Positions 1 to 12,400 of a stretch of 64,000 nucleotides of DNA are shown in pieces (position 1 is the first letter of the stretch; each line of letters starts with the position of its first letter). The notes under the pieces were generated by a model. The model did not search any database. It was not told the origin of the DNA and was given only the letters and a program-made list of their open reading frames with translations. The stretch is from a virus, in IMG/VR virus record IMGVR_UViG_3300021406_000010, positions 102,489 through 166,488 of that record. The stretch is one strand, 5' to 3'. The position numbers were made by a program, and so were the translations under genes.

Positions 1-78
1 AGATGTCCCGGTCAGCCGGGACGGGCAGCACGAACGCGTTGCCGTCCCGGTCGATGATCACGATGGCCTCACGGATGC

Positions 79-276
79 TCATGCGCCCTCCTCGCCTACG
101 ATCTCCACGGTGGTGTCGTTCATGTACTCGTTGACCGCCTCTTGCCACGCGACATCCAGGTACTTCTCGCAGGCCTTGGGATCGTCCGGGATGTGGTCAT
201 CGGGAACCTCGATGTAGTGCGTGCCCTGCACGCCGATGTTGTGGCTGCTCCCGTAGGTGATCTTCAGGTATGGCAT
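79..276 (-). CDS. small hypothetical protein (leaderless)
   Basis: 65-aa ORF with protein-like composition; ATG 6 nt after an extended -10 (TGC-TATAGT). Confidence 0.75.
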   Translation of the reverse strand: MPYLKITYGSSHNIGVQGTHYIEVPDDHIPDDPKACEKYLDVAWQEAVNEYMNDTTVEIVGEEGA

Positions 277-282
277 GGTCCT

Positions 283-303
283 ACTATAGCAAGGAAAGCT
301 GTA
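283..303 (-). promoter_or_regulatory. copy of recurrent phage promoter motif (TACAGCTTTCCTTGC-TAnnnT)
   Basis: Near-identical copies at 43443, 46569, 50842, 51841, 53339, 61979 and 26903. Confidence 0.8.
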
Positions 304-3300
304 TTAGAGAACGGCGGCGAGAGCCTGGTAGGCGGCCAGCATCGCGGGCGGCGCGGTGGTAACCGAGTAGCCGCCGGTGCCCAGCCAGTACGCGTCGGAG
401 CCGGGCTTGCCCGCTGCCCGGCGGGAGGCGAAGAACGAGGCCAGGTAGGCGGTGAAGGCCTCCCCCTGCGCGGCGGTGAAGGCGGCCAGGTTGACGCCGG
501 TGCCCGCCAGGCCCAGCGGCTTGCCGTGAGCGTCGGCGAACGCGGCGGACGCGGCCAGGGTGGCTGCCCCGCTGCCGGGCGGCGGCCCCGTGCAGAAGAA
601 CGTCGGGGCGATGACGTCGACCAGGTCATCGCCCGGGTACCAGGCCTGCAGCCACCCGGAGTCGACCGAGGCGGCGGAGACCGTCACGACGTGCCGGTAG
701 CCGTTCTGGCGGATGACGGCCGCGTAGCCGGGCAGCATGGCCAGCCAGTCGGCGGGATTGATGAACGCCGAGTCGGCCCCCGCCCAGATGCTCACCGACG
801 CCTGCAGGCCACCTGCCTGGCAGGAGGCGAGGAAGGCCCCCAGCCGGGCGGGGGTGGTGGTGGCATCGGGGCGGAAGTCGAGGAGCACCCGGCGCACCCC
901 CGCGTCCCCCGCCGCCAGGGAGGACGCCAGGGACGCCGGGATGACGTTGCCCAGGGCGATCCGGCGGGCGGGCAGCGGCAGCCCCGTGGCGGCCAGCAGG
1001 GCGGCCACGGACGGGTCAGAGGCGGGCACCGGGCCGAGGTCCGCGCCCAGCCCCCAGGCGGGCACCGGGATGACCAGGGCGGCGGCGGCGAGGGAGGCCG
1101 GGGCGGCGAGGGCAGCCGCCGCCGGGCGGACGGTGCCGGTGAGGACCTGGTAGTCGGCGCCGTACCCGTCGGCGTAGGGGTCGGCGTAGACGTCGCCCGC
1201 GCCGCCGGGGGCGTAGGTGTCGGTGAAGATGTCAGTGAAGATGTCGGTGAACGCCTGCGGCTCCTGTCCCTGGGCGGCGGGCGGCTCCCACGCCAGGGCG
1301 CTGCCGAGGACGGCGTCCGGCGGCGGCTGCGGCGGCCCGGGGAAGTCACTGGCCGGGGAGGACACCCCCAGCGCCTGCCGGGTGGCGAAGAACCAGTCGC
1401 TGGGCAGCGGCCCGGACGGCGCCTGCCAGCGGGGGTCCCTGTCCACCGTGCCGTAGCGGTCGAGCGGGGCGAGGTTCGGGCCGTGGCCAACCCCCGCCGC
1501 CCTGGCGGGGACGCCGTGCGGCCAGGTGGCGTACCAGGGGCGGATGGCCAGCGAGGAGATGAACGTGCCCGGCTGCCAGGCGGTGGCCCGCCACATGAGC
1601 TGGGCGCCCTGCCCGGGGGCGGCCGGGGGGAAGGACAGCACGCCGTGCGGGTCGTTGCGGACGTCGTAGGCGGGGCACCAGGTGGCGCCGCCGTCGTTGG
1701 AGAACTCCCACAGCACGGAGTCCTGGAAGATGCTGATGTTATCGACGGACCACGCGTCGCCCGTCGACTCCTTCTGGATGAGCTGCACGGTGAGGGTCGT
1801 CCCCAGCGGGGCGGTGCTGGTGTCCGCCTGCGCCCAGGTGACGGCCCCGATGGCCGCCCACGCGGGGTAGGCGGAGGCCACCTGCGCCCAGTCAAGGGAC
1901 GAGACGATCCCCTGGCCCATGGTGAAGCCGGCGAGCCACTCGGTGACCGATCCCCCGGCCACCGCCTGCTCCGCCTCGGCGATGACCATCCCGGTGGCGC
2001 CGTCCAGCAGCTGCAGGAACAGCGGGGCCGACAGCGCCGCCGGGGAGAACACGCGGGCGGCGGCATAGGCGCGGGCCGACCCGGTGGCCGTCACCGGCGG
2101 CCCGGTCCAGGCGATGCCGCCCATCGCGGTGGACGCGGGCGCCAGCCCGATGTCCAGCCACGCGGGAACCGCCGCCATCGCGCCCGCCCAGGTGCCCCAC
2201 AGCGGCTGCAGCGCCCCCCAGGTCACTGGCTGGGCCGAGGCGCCCGGGGCTGGGGAGGCGCCGCGCGTCACCTGGGCCATGGCCCCCAGCTGCGCCTGCT
2301 GCGGCGACAGCGACAGCGGCAGCGCGTCGCCGACGGCCAGCCAGCCGCCGAAGGACGGGCCGGAGAAGTCCGCGTCCGGAAGCAGCTGCGCCGGGCCCGA
2401 CTGGACGGTGGCGAACTGCACCCCGGTGACCGCGTGCGCGGACGGCAGCACGAGGCTCCGCACCTGGGCGCCGCCCGGCGGGACATTGCCGGACAGCACC
2501 AGGCCGGTGCCCGGCTGGAGCGCCCATCCGCCCGGGGTAATGGTGGCCGGGTCGGCGGTCCCCGGGTCGGAGAACGTCTCAACGTACTGCTCCGTGTCGG
2601 CGGTCGCGGTGTAGGAGACCCTGAACAGGGCGACCGCCGACAGGGCGACGAAGTAGGCGACCCGGCTGATCACGGCGTAATCGGCCTCCTGGCAGGCCGT
2701 CGGGCCGGCTAGCTGGGCGGGCGCGGCGGCGGCGGGCGGCTGCCAGGGCTGCATGTTGTACAGGCTGCCGCCGCGCAGCGCGAGCGCCGAGGCGGCGGCC
2801 AGGTCCGGCGCGTAGAGCGCCTCGGTCGGCAGGACGGTCCCGGCTGGCGGGAAGCGCGGCGCCGCCGGGGTGTCGGGGAAGAACGTCGCCGCCGAGATGG
2901 CGGCGCTGGCCTGCAGCCCGGCGTCGGGCGCCGACCCCGCCGGGGGACCGCCGTCCGGGGGCAGGGGCGGCAGCCGGGCGGTGGCCGTGACGGGCCTCAG
3001 GTACTCGTAAGGCTCCGGCTGCAGGCCGGTGAACTCCAGCTTCCAAGCGGCGGCGAGCACCGGCTCCAGCTGGACGTACCCCCGCGCCAGCGTGAAGCTG
3101 CCCCGGACCGGGACCCACGCGCAAGCCTCGTAGGCGCCGCCGAGGCCGCCGGCGAACCCCCACGGGCTGACCGGGGGGAGGATGAGGGGCGGGGCGAAGC
3201 GCAGCACCGCGTTCGCGGTGGTGGCCTGGCTGCCCGCCAGCGGGGGCGTGACGTAGGCCCCCGGCCCGGCGGCGAACTCCGCCAAGTCGGCCGGAATCCC

Positions 3301-4730
3301 GCCGGACAGGCCGAGGGCCTCCTGCTTGACGACGAACGCGGTGAGGGTGTAATTGCCCGCCAGGACCTGGATGCCGCCGGAGGCTGCAGCAGGCCGCCGA
3401 AGCAGAAGGCCGGGCCGCCCTGCAGGGGCAGCGCCAGCGGGGCCTGGAACATGGCACCCGCCGGAGCCCAGCAGAACAGCCGCAGGCCGTCCTGCCCGAA
3501 CGCGAAGGCCAGCCGGTCCCCGGGCGCGAAGCTGAACGACCAGGTGCCGGCCGTCCCGCCGCCGGGCAGGGTGACGGCCCAGGTGCCCGCCGAGAAGGTG
3601 AGCGTCAGCACGCTGGTGTCGAGGATGACGTAGGTTCCCTGGTCGGTGCTGGCGAAGGAGGGCATCAGCTCGATCCCGGCCCACCACGGGGAGGAGGCGA
3701 TGGTGCCGGACGCCTGGCCGGGCACGGTGAGCCAGCCGGGCTGGGCGGGGAAGGAGATCCCCGCCGCGACGGCCGACGGCGGGACGGTCCCCCCGGTCGT
3801 GATCAGCCCCGGGGGCACCGGGTCGTCGAGGGCCGCGAAGGAGGCTCCCGGCGGCGGCGGGGAAGGCGACCAGTAGATGCTCATCCGCACCCCGCTGGTC
3901 ACCGGGTCGATGAAGATCCGGTCGGTGACCTGCGGGTTCCCGTTCGCGTCGCGGGAGTCCAGGTACAGCTGGACGACGCAGGACGAGGCGGGCTGCGGGG
4001 CGCACCGCCACGGCAGGCCGCCCAGCAGGCCGACGGCGCGGTTCTCGCGCAGCTGCACGGTGACGGGGCTGCCGTTCAGGTCGGCGGTGGTGGTGAACGG
4101 CTGGCGGAGGGTGGGGACCGACGGGCTGCGGGGCATCGGCGGCACGTCCGAGGACGACAGGACGCGGGTGCCGACGTCGAGGTTCATCGCCCCCAGCGGG
4201 TAGGGGACGGGATGCCCGGACGGGCCGAGGGGGACCTGCTGCCACGGGGCGGGCGCGGCCCGGGTGAGGCGCAACAGCAGCCGGGACGTAACGACGGGCT
4301 GGACCTGCTCGTCGTGGTGAGCCCAGTGGCCGGCCCCGTAGTGGTAGGGGTTCAGCCCGGCGTCCAGGGCGACGGGGCTGTCCACCATGGCGGGCACCGA
4401 CCCGCTGGTGGCGACGGACAGCGGGGCGCCGGAGGATCCGGCGAGCGGCTGCCACAGCGACCCGTCCCACCAGAAGAACGCGGCCACGTGCGGGAAGCGG
4501 GGCAGGTCGACGGCGACGTAGTTGACGATGCGGTCCTGGCCGAGGGAGACGGCGAGCTCCTCGACGGTGGGATCGCCTGCCAGCCGGGGCTGGGAGGACC
4601 AGAACCGCTGGCTGGCCGGCGGGGAGGACGCGGCGGCGGGCTGCGCCTGCGCGACGGGGATCCCGTCGGCGTAGACCGGGGCCACCGAGGGGATGGCGAA
4701 GGACCCGGGAACGCGCAGCGGGGTGGTCAT
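304..4730 (-). CDS. large baseplate/tail protein with C-terminal GH26-like domain; frameshift near 3380
   Basis: ORF 2997..4730 and the C-terminal part of ORF 304..4470 join into about 1475 aa with one indel. Lies directly after baseplate genes. YPGDDLVDVI and AHGKP motifs. Confidence 0.7.
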
Positions 4731-6106
4731 GACGACCTCATCACCGGCACCCGGGGACCGGACCAGGGGGCCGCCTTCACCGCGACGGAGGACGCCGCGC
4801 GGGCGGCGGCGGCCCTCGCGACCGGGATGACCGCCTCCTGCGGGAGGTACTGCACCGTCCCGCCGGCCTGGGGGCGGAACGTGACCGACTGGAAGTCCTG
4901 GCCGTCGGTCACGGTCACGTCATTGGGGTCGGCGCCGGTCACCGCGCGGGCGGTGACCGCCGTGACGTCGGGCGCGTAGCTGCACTCGAACCCCGAGGAG
5001 CGGGACAGCGGCGGGGACGGCGTGACGTAGGACCCAGGCGGGAGCGAGGATCCGGACGGTCCCTGGTAGGACCCGGCAATGGCACTGTAAGCGCTACTCG
5101 AAGCCGGCGGGGTGACGACGGTGACGACCTCCCAGTACTGGCTGGGCGACCAGGCCGACCGGGCGGGGACCGGGACCAGCACCCCGGTCGGGCCGGGGAT
5201 GACGGAGACGATGCAGGAGGCGGGCTTCAGCACCTCGGCGACCGCCAGGATGGCGTAGTAGTCGGCGGACTGCCGGGCGAGGCCCTCGGTGGTGGGCGGG
5301 TACTGGGCGGACGGCACGATGACGACCTCGCCGGGGGCGTTGCCGGCGAGCAGCCCGGTGTAGGCGGGGATGCCCTCCACCGATTGCCAGGGAGTCCCGG
5401 CCGGGAACGCGGACCACAGCGGGTACTGGGCGGCGACCTGCGCCCAGGACAGGCCGCCCGGTGGCGGCCCGGGGGCGCCGCCGGTCAGCCGCCACATCTC
5501 GTAGACCTGGCACTCCGAGCTGGTGACGGCCTCCGCGATGGCCCTGATGCCGGGCACGGTCCCGCCGAGGGTGATCGCCCGCGCCAGGGCGATGACGCGC
5601 TCCCGGTACAGGGCGTCGGCGGCCTCCACCGCGTCCCACCCGTCGGGGCTGGCCAGGTCGGAGTACGGGTTGACGGCAGCCCCGGTGGCCGGGTTGACCG
5701 GGATGGCCCCCGCCGGCCCGCGCTGGGCGCCGAACAGCGCCCCGTAGAAGGAGTCCAGGTCGTAGAACCGGGTGCTGGTGATGGCCTGCTGCAGGCGGGC
5801 CACCAGCTGCCGCTTGCGGAGCTGGCCGGCGCCCCCGGCCCCCAGCAGCGCCTGCATCAGGAGCGTCAGCAGCGAGCCGGGCGAGGTGTCGTAGACACTG
5901 GACGGGAAGTTGACCAGCTGGGGCGGCACCTGCAGGTCGGGAGACAGCAGGCCGGTCGCGGTGGCGGTGCCCGGCGGGAGCGGCTGGGCCTGCGGCGCCT
6001 GCAGCGACAGCACCGACGGCCGGGCGACGTTCGGCCAGGAGAACAGGTCGGTCCCCTCGTTGACGATGATGCTCGTCAGCGAGGGGTCAGTCAGCACTTG
6101 CGGCAC
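4727..6106 (-). CDS. baseplate wedge protein (gpI-like position)
   Basis: 459 aa, GGGAGG RBS before GTG, follows baseplate J; DLDSFYG...YRERV...GGTVPGIRAIAEA motif. Confidence 0.65.
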   Translation of the reverse strand: MPQVLTDPSLTSIIVNEGTDLFSWPNVARPSVLSLQAPQAQPLPPGTATATGLLSPDLQVPPQLVNFPSSVYDTSPGSLLTLLMQALLGAGGAGQLRKRQLVARLQQAITSTRFYDLDSFYGALFGAQRGPAGAIPVNPATGAAVNPYSDLASPDGWDAVEAADALYRERVIALARAITLGGTVPGIRAIAEAVTSSECQVYEMWRLTGGAPGPPPGGLSWAQVAAQYPLWSAFPAGTPWQSVEGIPAYTGLLAGNAPGEVVIVPSAQYPPTTEGLARQSADYYAILAVAEVLKPASCIVSVIPGPTGVLVPVPARSAWSPSQYWEVVTVVTPPASSSAYSAIAGSYQGPSGSSLPPGSYVTPSPPLSRSSGFECSYAPDVTAVTARAVTGADPNDVTVTDGQDFQSVTFRPQAGGTVQYLPQEAVIPVARAAAARAASSVAVKAAPWSGPRVPVMRSS

Positions 6107-6149
6107 GGCGTCCTCCCTTGCTTCCGCGCCCGGGAGAAGGCTGCCCAGT

Positions 6150-6840
6150 TGGCAGCGCAGCCTACGGCACCGAAGGTTACCGGCTAGTAGGAGAAGGGCC
6201 AGTGCAGCGAGTGCACGGGACCTGGCGTTAAGGCTCCCATTGAAAGCTAAAGAACGTAAAACATAACTACTACTACTATTTTTTAATTATTTAGTATTTG
6301 TATTTACGTATTTAAGTCTTAGGAGGAGCTACGCGGGGGTCGTCCCCTCCCCCCTTTGGATGGCTACGCGGGTCGGCCCCCTCCCCCTCTGCCCACTGGA
6401 GGGCTACGCGGTCGTCAGTGCACATCGAACGGGGCCAGTGCACATCGCCTCTTTTTCGATTCATGCTATTGGCCAGGTGCAGTGCACATCGCCAGTTTCG
6501 CCAGTGCAGATAGCGTTTTTCGATTCATGTACCTGAGCTGGTATTAGTGCACAAGTGCAGTTCGATTGGCCGTTTTGGGTTCCCTCACGCGAGGCCCCGG
6601 ATGGTAGTGACTAATACGCTACTTACCGTGGTCAAGTCTCATGCTGGGTATGGCAAGCACGTTGCTAGCTATTGCAAGCAATTTGAGTCTCCCCCGGGGC
6701 GATGCGTTCGCCAGGCGCCAAAATGGCGATTTTATCTGCACTTGTGCACTATCCGCACTTCAGCAGAACTTTTCGAGCGTCAGTTCTGCACTTTCATCTG
6801 CACTGGAAGTGCACTGGCCCTTTCCCGATGTGCACTGGCA
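6150..6840. other. origin-like iteron element A
   Basis: AT-rich tract with CTA repeats at about 6240-6320; GCTACGCGG x3; AGTGCA repeats 6417-6560 and mirror TGCACT repeats 6737-6836; homologous to 39581-40178. Confidence 0.6.
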
Positions 6841-6867
6841 AGCGCATGCCGTGGTCGTGCAGTGACC

Positions 6868-8688
6868 CTAAGCGAATGCGCCGAGAGTGTTGATGGCCTT
6901 CGTGACCAGGACGACACCGCCGAGGACGGGCAGCGCTGCGGCGGCCATGGTCACGGGAAGCGGGTTCCCGGCGGAGTCGACGTACGAGGCGATCGTCACG
7001 CCCCCCAGGACCTGCTGGATCCCGACGTCGTAGTTGTTCGCTGCGGCGCCCGTGAAGCCGGGGTAGTCGGCCCCGGTGAGGAACCGGCAGGCGGTGATGC
7101 CGGGGGTGCCCTCCACTGCCTGCAGGACGCTGGACGGGTACACGACCGCCCCGAACCCGATGGCCCCGAGCCAGGAGGACAGCGCCTGGGTGACGGCCGC
7201 CTGGGCGGTCGCGGGAGTGGCTCCCGGGTCGTAGACGACCGCCAGGCTGAACTGCAGCTGCAGCTGGATGGCCTGGTGGGCCTGCACGTCGGTGCCCGCC
7301 AGCCGCCAGTTCTCCAGCTGCTTCTGGATGGCGGCGGGGACGTCGTTGTAGGTGTAGCCGTCGCTGATCGTCAGGGGGGTCCCGCCGGGGGGCTGCATCC
7401 CGGCGGCCCACTCCAGGCCGAAGTCGGAGTAGGGGGACCAGCCGAAGGCCCCCGTCCGGTGGGCCACCTGGTAGGCATAGCTGACGCCGCCCGCGACGCT
7501 GCCCAGCGGCTGCGCCAGGGTGGCCTGCCCGTAGGTGACCCCGTTGACGACCATCACCGGCGGGACGGTGAGGACCGGGCCCCATGGCAGGGCGATGAAG
7601 GCGTTCCCGGGGGCGGGGGAGCTGCCGTCCGGCCGGGTGAAGGACCCGGCGTACCAGGGGGAGGAGCCGGAGGCGGAGAAGACGGTGGCGGCCGAGAACC
7701 TCAGCGACGCGGCGGCGGCCATGGGGCGCTGCCCGGAGCACCAGACGTCGACCCGGCTGTAGATCCCCTGCGCCGGGGAGTTGCGGGAGTAGGCGTCCAT
7801 GTACAGGAAGCTGACGTCGATCAGCTGCCCCTGCGGGAAGTAGGAGGCGTCCACCACCTGCACCGAGGGCGGGCTCGCGGCGGAGTTCCAGGTGTACTGC
7901 AGGCCCGGGGCGGCCACGTCCCCGTTGTCGATGTCGCGGCCCACCACCTGGCCCGCCGGGTAGGTGAACTGGGCGTCCGGGATGGTGGTGGCGGCCTGGC
8001 CGCCGGACACCTGCAGCTGCTCCCGGTACCTGGTGGCGCCGTCGATGACGTTGGCGGCGGTGCACTCCGGGTCGGCGAGGGCGATCCCGAGGAACATCTG
8101 GCTGGTGCCGGCCATCGACCGGAACGCGGTGGCGCTCCAGCGGGCCTGCAGCTGGGCGTCGGCCTCCTGGCTCGCGCCGCCGGACAGCGCGTTCAGGTTG
8201 GTGACCCCCGAGACCTCGGAAACCGGGGTGAGCAGCTGGGTGAGGGACCCGGCCGCCGCGTTCCCGGCGGGGCCTGCGATCACCGCCTGGACCGGGAGGG
8301 TGACTGACAGCGCCCCCGGGTTGAGGATCCCGGCGGTGACCGTCTGGATCACCACGGTGCCGTCGGCGGTGGCCACCTGGGTGGCGACCGGGATGGTGAC
8401 GACGTCGGTCGCGGTGCCGCGCGTGAAGGTGACGGTGCCGTAGGAGCGGGCGGCCGGGTACCGGGACAGGCCGAACAGCTGGACGAAGGCGTCGAGGTCC
8501 GCGCCCGCCTTCGAGGTGACGTCGTAGCTGTAAGCGAGCATTTGCTGGTCTATGGTGGCTGATGACACCGACGCGGCCACCACGTCGATGATCTTGCGGA
8601 CCACGCTGCCCAGGGAGGTGTCCAGGTCGGGCACGCTGGCGGCGAGCACCGCGATCATCTGGGACGCGACGTCAGCCTGGCTGGCCAC
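6868..8688 (-). CDS. baseplate J-like protein
   Basis: 606 aa; GADLDAFVQLFGLSRYPA, GPAGNAAAG, VTNLNALSGGASQEADAQLQAR motifs typical of Baseplate_J. Confidence 0.9.
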   Translation of the reverse strand: MASQADVASQMIAVLAASVPDLDTSLGSVVRKIIDVVAASVSSATIDQQMLAYSYDVTSKAGADLDAFVQLFGLSRYPAARSYGTVTFTRGTATDVVTIPVATQVATADGTVVIQTVTAGILNPGALSVTLPVQAVIAGPAGNAAAGSLTQLLTPVSEVSGVTNLNALSGGASQEADAQLQARWSATAFRSMAGTSQMFLGIALADPECTAANVIDGATRYREQLQVSGGQAATTIPDAQFTYPAGQVVGRDIDNGDVAAPGLQYTWNSAASPPSVQVVDASYFPQGQLIDVSFLYMDAYSRNSPAQGIYSRVDVWCSGQRPMAAAASLRFSAATVFSASGSSPWYAGSFTRPDGSSPAPGNAFIALPWGPVLTVPPVMVVNGVTYGQATLAQPLGSVAGGVSYAYQVAHRTGAFGWSPYSDFGLEWAAGMQPPGGTPLTISDGYTYNDVPAAIQKQLENWRLAGTDVQAHQAIQLQLQFSLAVVYDPGATPATAQAAVTQALSSWLGAIGFGAVVYPSSVLQAVEGTPGITACRFLTGADYPGFTGAAANNYDVGIQQVLGGVTIASYVDSAGNPLPVTMAAAALPVLGGVVLVTKAINTLGAFA

Positions 8689-8705
8689 CTGGCGTCACCC
8701 GCCCG

Positions 8706-9140
8706 TCACGGGGAGACCGTCCGGACGGCCGACAGGCGCTGGCCGCCCTGGGTGGTGAGGGAGACGGCCACCGCGATCGCGTCCGGCCGGGAGCCGGGCG
8801 CGGCGGTGACCGAGTCGACGGAGGCGATGACGTCGTCGGCGGCCAGCTGGCTGCGAGTGCCCGCCATCGCGGTGGCGGTGATCACCTGCTGCTGGGCCGC
8901 CATCAGCTGCGCCAGCACCCGGGACGCCTCGGCGGTGACCATCGCCCCGGTCCCGGCCAGCTGGGGGGAGCCGAGCATCCCGGTGAGGGCGGATCCCCAC
9001 TGCGGGTGGAACGGGTCGCTGCCGTACGGCTCGGACAGCGCCGTGGCCACCCGCTGGCGGAGGTAGTCGGTGCCGGTGACGGTGGCCAGGTCGCCGCCGG
9101 ACACGAGCAGGTCGCCCCCCACGATGGCGAGGTCCCTCAC
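8706..9140 (-). CDS. baseplate wedge subunit (gp25-like)
   Basis: 144 aa; GDL...LRQRVATAL.EPYGSDPFHPQWGS motif; RBS GGGAGG. Confidence 0.8.
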   Translation of the reverse strand: MRDLAIVGGDLLVSGGDLATVTGTDYLRQRVATALSEPYGSDPFHPQWGSALTGMLGSPQLAGTGAMVTAEASRVLAQLMAAQQQVITATAMAGTRSQLAADDVIASVDSVTAAPGSRPDAIAVAVSLTTQGGQRLSAVRTVSP

Positions 9141-9171
9141 GAGGGCATCACCTCCCAGGCCTTCCGTGCCC

Positions 9172-9486
9172 CTATGACGGCAGCGGGCCGATCACCTGCG
9201 CCTGGCTGCCGGCATAGACGTAGCCGGAAGCCGGCTGCGGGTAGCTTCCCGGCGGCAGGCCAGTGGTATGGATGAGGTACTCCGCGTTGCCGTCCGCCAC
9301 CGCTGACAAGACGGTCGGCGCCTCGGCCTCAGTCCAGCCGGAAGCCGCCGCCAGCTCCGCAGCGGACAGGCCGCTCGTCCACTCGTACAGCTTATTGATG
9401 GTCACGAGGGCGTTGCGATGCGCCAGCAGCGCCTGCTGGATGAGGGTCATCACCTGCGCCTGCGACAGGCCGGTGTTGATCGCCAA
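9172..9486 (-). CDS. hypothetical protein (possible tail-fibre chaperone)
   Basis: 104 aa, AGGAGG RBS before TTG, directly after fibre gene. Confidence 0.6.
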   Translation of the reverse strand: MAINTGLSQAQVMTLIQQALLAHRNALVTINKLYEWTSGLSAAELAAASGWTEAEAPTVLSAVADGNAEYLIHTTGLPPGSYPQPASGYVYAGSQAQVIGPLPS

Positions 9487-9494
9487 GGGTCCTC

Positions 9495-12400
9495 CTAGAA
9501 GTCGAGCGGATAGGTGCCGAAGATGCGGACGGTGTCTCCTGCCGTCGCGTCGTAGACGTGCACGACCCCGGTGCTGAGCATCTCGCAGACCAGCGGGATG
9601 CCGAGGAACGGCGACCCGGCGTTCTGCACGCAGCCTAGCGGCTGGTTGGAGGCCGGCCAGTAGGCGGCCGGCAGCGCCACGGTTATGTTCGAGTTATTCG
9701 CGACTCCGGAGGGGACGTTGAGGATTCCGGAGACCATGACCGTGTTGTCGGACCTGTACTTGTACTTGAAGGTCCCCGTCCAGCTGTTCGCGAGGGAGAA
9801 CGAGTGGGGCACCTCGGGCACCGCCGGGATGACGCCCGGCTGGAAGGCGGTGACCGGCCCGGTGTACCCGGCCGCGTAGGCGTTGCCGCCCGGGTCGGTG
9901 CCCGCCTGCGGCGACAGGGCGCACTCCAGGACTGAGCTGGACACGTAGGTGATCTTCACCTGGCCGTCGGCGCCGGATCCTCCGATTGGCTGGGAGCTGG
10001 ACCCGGAAGTGCCGGTCACCGTGACGGAGGCCGAGCTCGCTCCCCCGGCGAAGTACCCGTACTGGGTGAGGTCCGGCTCGGAGGTGGACGGGCCGGTCAT
10101 CAGCGACTTGGCCGCGCCGGACTTCAGGGCCGCCCCCAGGCCGGGCGGGTTGATGACCTTGGTCGCGCCCTCGGTGATGCCCGCCTGGTACTGGCCGTGC
10201 TTGTCGCCTGAGCCGAGCGAGGAAATGGTCCCGGGGAACGACGTCCGGTTCGACCACCCGAAGGTGATCGTCATGCCGCTGCCGTACCAGGAGTGCTGGT
10301 TGGTGATCTTCACCGACGCGGACGTGATGGTCACCCCGGACAGGTCCGACTGGACCGATGAGGGCAGCAGCCAGAACCCGAACTGGTTGCCGGCCGGAGC
10401 GCCGCTCGACGCCCCCTGGTAGACGGAGCCGCCGGCGTTCCGCTGGGCCCCGCCGATGTCGGTGCCGTAGTACGACGCTGAGCTGCTGGCGTTGTAGGTC
10501 CTGCTGAACGGCGAGGTAGTAGTGGACTGCCCGGAGCCGCCGCCGCCGCCGCCAGGGCCGCTGCCGCTGGCCCCGCTTGCCGCGCTGCCGCCGCTCGCCC
10601 CGCCTGCGCCGCCGCCGCCCGCGCCCGCAGCCCCGCCAGGGCCGTTGTAGACGCCGTTGCCGCCCGCCCCGGAGGGGCCCCCGGAGCCGCCGCCGGAGCC
10701 GCCGTCCGCGTGGCCGCCGGTAACTCCCATGCCGCTGCCGCCGTCGTGGTGGATGGTGTTGGCCGACCCGGTGCCCCCGGCCCCGCCCGTCCCCTGGGCG
10801 GGTGAGGCGTCTCCCCCGTTGGCGTAGACCCCGGTCCCGTCGAAGAAGGTGTCGCCGCCGCCCTGCCCGTCGGAGTTGCCGGTGTACGCGCCGTTGCCGC
10901 CGTTGCCGACGGTGTAGCTGTAGGTGGTGGCCCCGGTCGGGTCGAGGGGGTAGCTCGGCTCGCAGGCGTACTCGCCGGCTCCCCCGCCGTCCTGGCCGGT
11001 AGTGCCGTTTCCGTGGTTGGCCCCGGCGGCGGCGCCCCAGCACTCGATTTTCCCGGACGGGATGCCGGGCGGGGGCGTGAAGGAGTAGGTTCCGGCGGCG
11101 GGCTGGGTGATGGTCGTGGTGGTGGTCGTGTAGGCGTAGAGCACGCCGCCGACGGTGTCGAAGGTGATGTCGGTCTCCGTCATCGTCCCGCCGGAGATGG
11201 CGGTCGCGGCGATGGTGGAGGCGGAGATGGACCCGTCCTGGAAGCTTCCGCTGGCGATGGAGCAGGAGTTGACGTTCAGCCCGGAGATGCCGCCCTGCGC
11301 GACGAAGAGGCCGGCGGGGTAGGGGTTCCCCTGGCCGTCGGCGCCGGCCGCAGCCGACCACGACCCGATGAGGTTCCCCAGTGCCGGGGTGCCGGAGTAG
11401 ACGAGGATCTCGCCGGAGGTGCCGAAGGCGATGAACTGGCCGCCCTCGATGGTGGTGCCGTCGACCACGCCCGCCAGGACGATGCCCGCCGCGATCTGCT
11501 CGGCGGTGATGGTCCCGGCGGCGATCTGCGCGGCCGTGATGGTTCCCGCCGCGATCTGCGCGGCCGTGATGGTATTGGCGGCGATGAGCGCGGCGGTCAC
11601 CGACCCGGCCGCGATGGACTGGGTGCCGAACTGGAACGGCACCCAGTTGGAGCCGTTCCAGGTGGTCAGGGCGAAGCCCTGGTTGCCGTTGAACCACAGG
11701 TCGCCGGCGGCCGGGGACGAGGGCTGGGAGAACCCGACGCTGGTGGTGACGCCGCCGATGTCGGAGGCGGTGAAGTCGACCTGCCCGGGGGTGATGCCCG
11801 CGTTGGCGGCCAGCTGCAGGGCGGTGAGGCTGCCCGCCGCGATGGCCCGGGAGCCGAACTGCAGGAGCCGCCACCCGCCCCCGTCCCATACCGACACCGA
11901 GTTGCCCTGGGCCGGGTTGATCCAGATGTCGCCCAGGACCGGGGCCGGCGGCTGCGACGTCCCGGTGATCACGGAGGTGCCCCCGAGGTCGGAAGCGGTG
12001 ACGGACAGCTGGCCGGCGGTGATCCCGGCGGCCGGGGCGAGCTGCGCGCCGGTGATGGTGCCGGGTGCTATCTTGGCCGCCGTGACGGCCCGGTCGGCGA
12101 TGGCGTTAGTGCCGACCTGCAGCGGCACCCACCGGGACCCGGACCAGCTTGTGAGGGCGTTGCCCTGCGCGGCGTTCACCCACAGGTCCCCGGGCGCCGG
12201 GGCTGCGGGCGCGGCGGCGGAGGCCGTCACGGCGGGCGCGGCGGCGGCGGGGAGGTCTGCCGGGGAGGCAGCGGCGAACGCGGCGAACGTCCACGTGCCC
12301 AGGTCCTGGGTGATGATCCACATCTCGCCCGGGGCCGGGGGCGGCGCCTTGCTGCGCTGCATCAGCATCGTCACGGCGACCTGGGTGCCCTGCCGGTCGA

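Noticed and set aside
3370-3395. Frameshift in large baseplate gene as programmed recoding
   Set aside because: No slippery heptamer; one missing C in a short C-run explains it, so a sequencing error is more likely.
6410-6840. AGTGCA repeats as a CRISPR array or IS ends
   Set aside because: Irregular short iterons in mirror arms, no unique spacers of constant length, no transposase, no target-site duplication seen.
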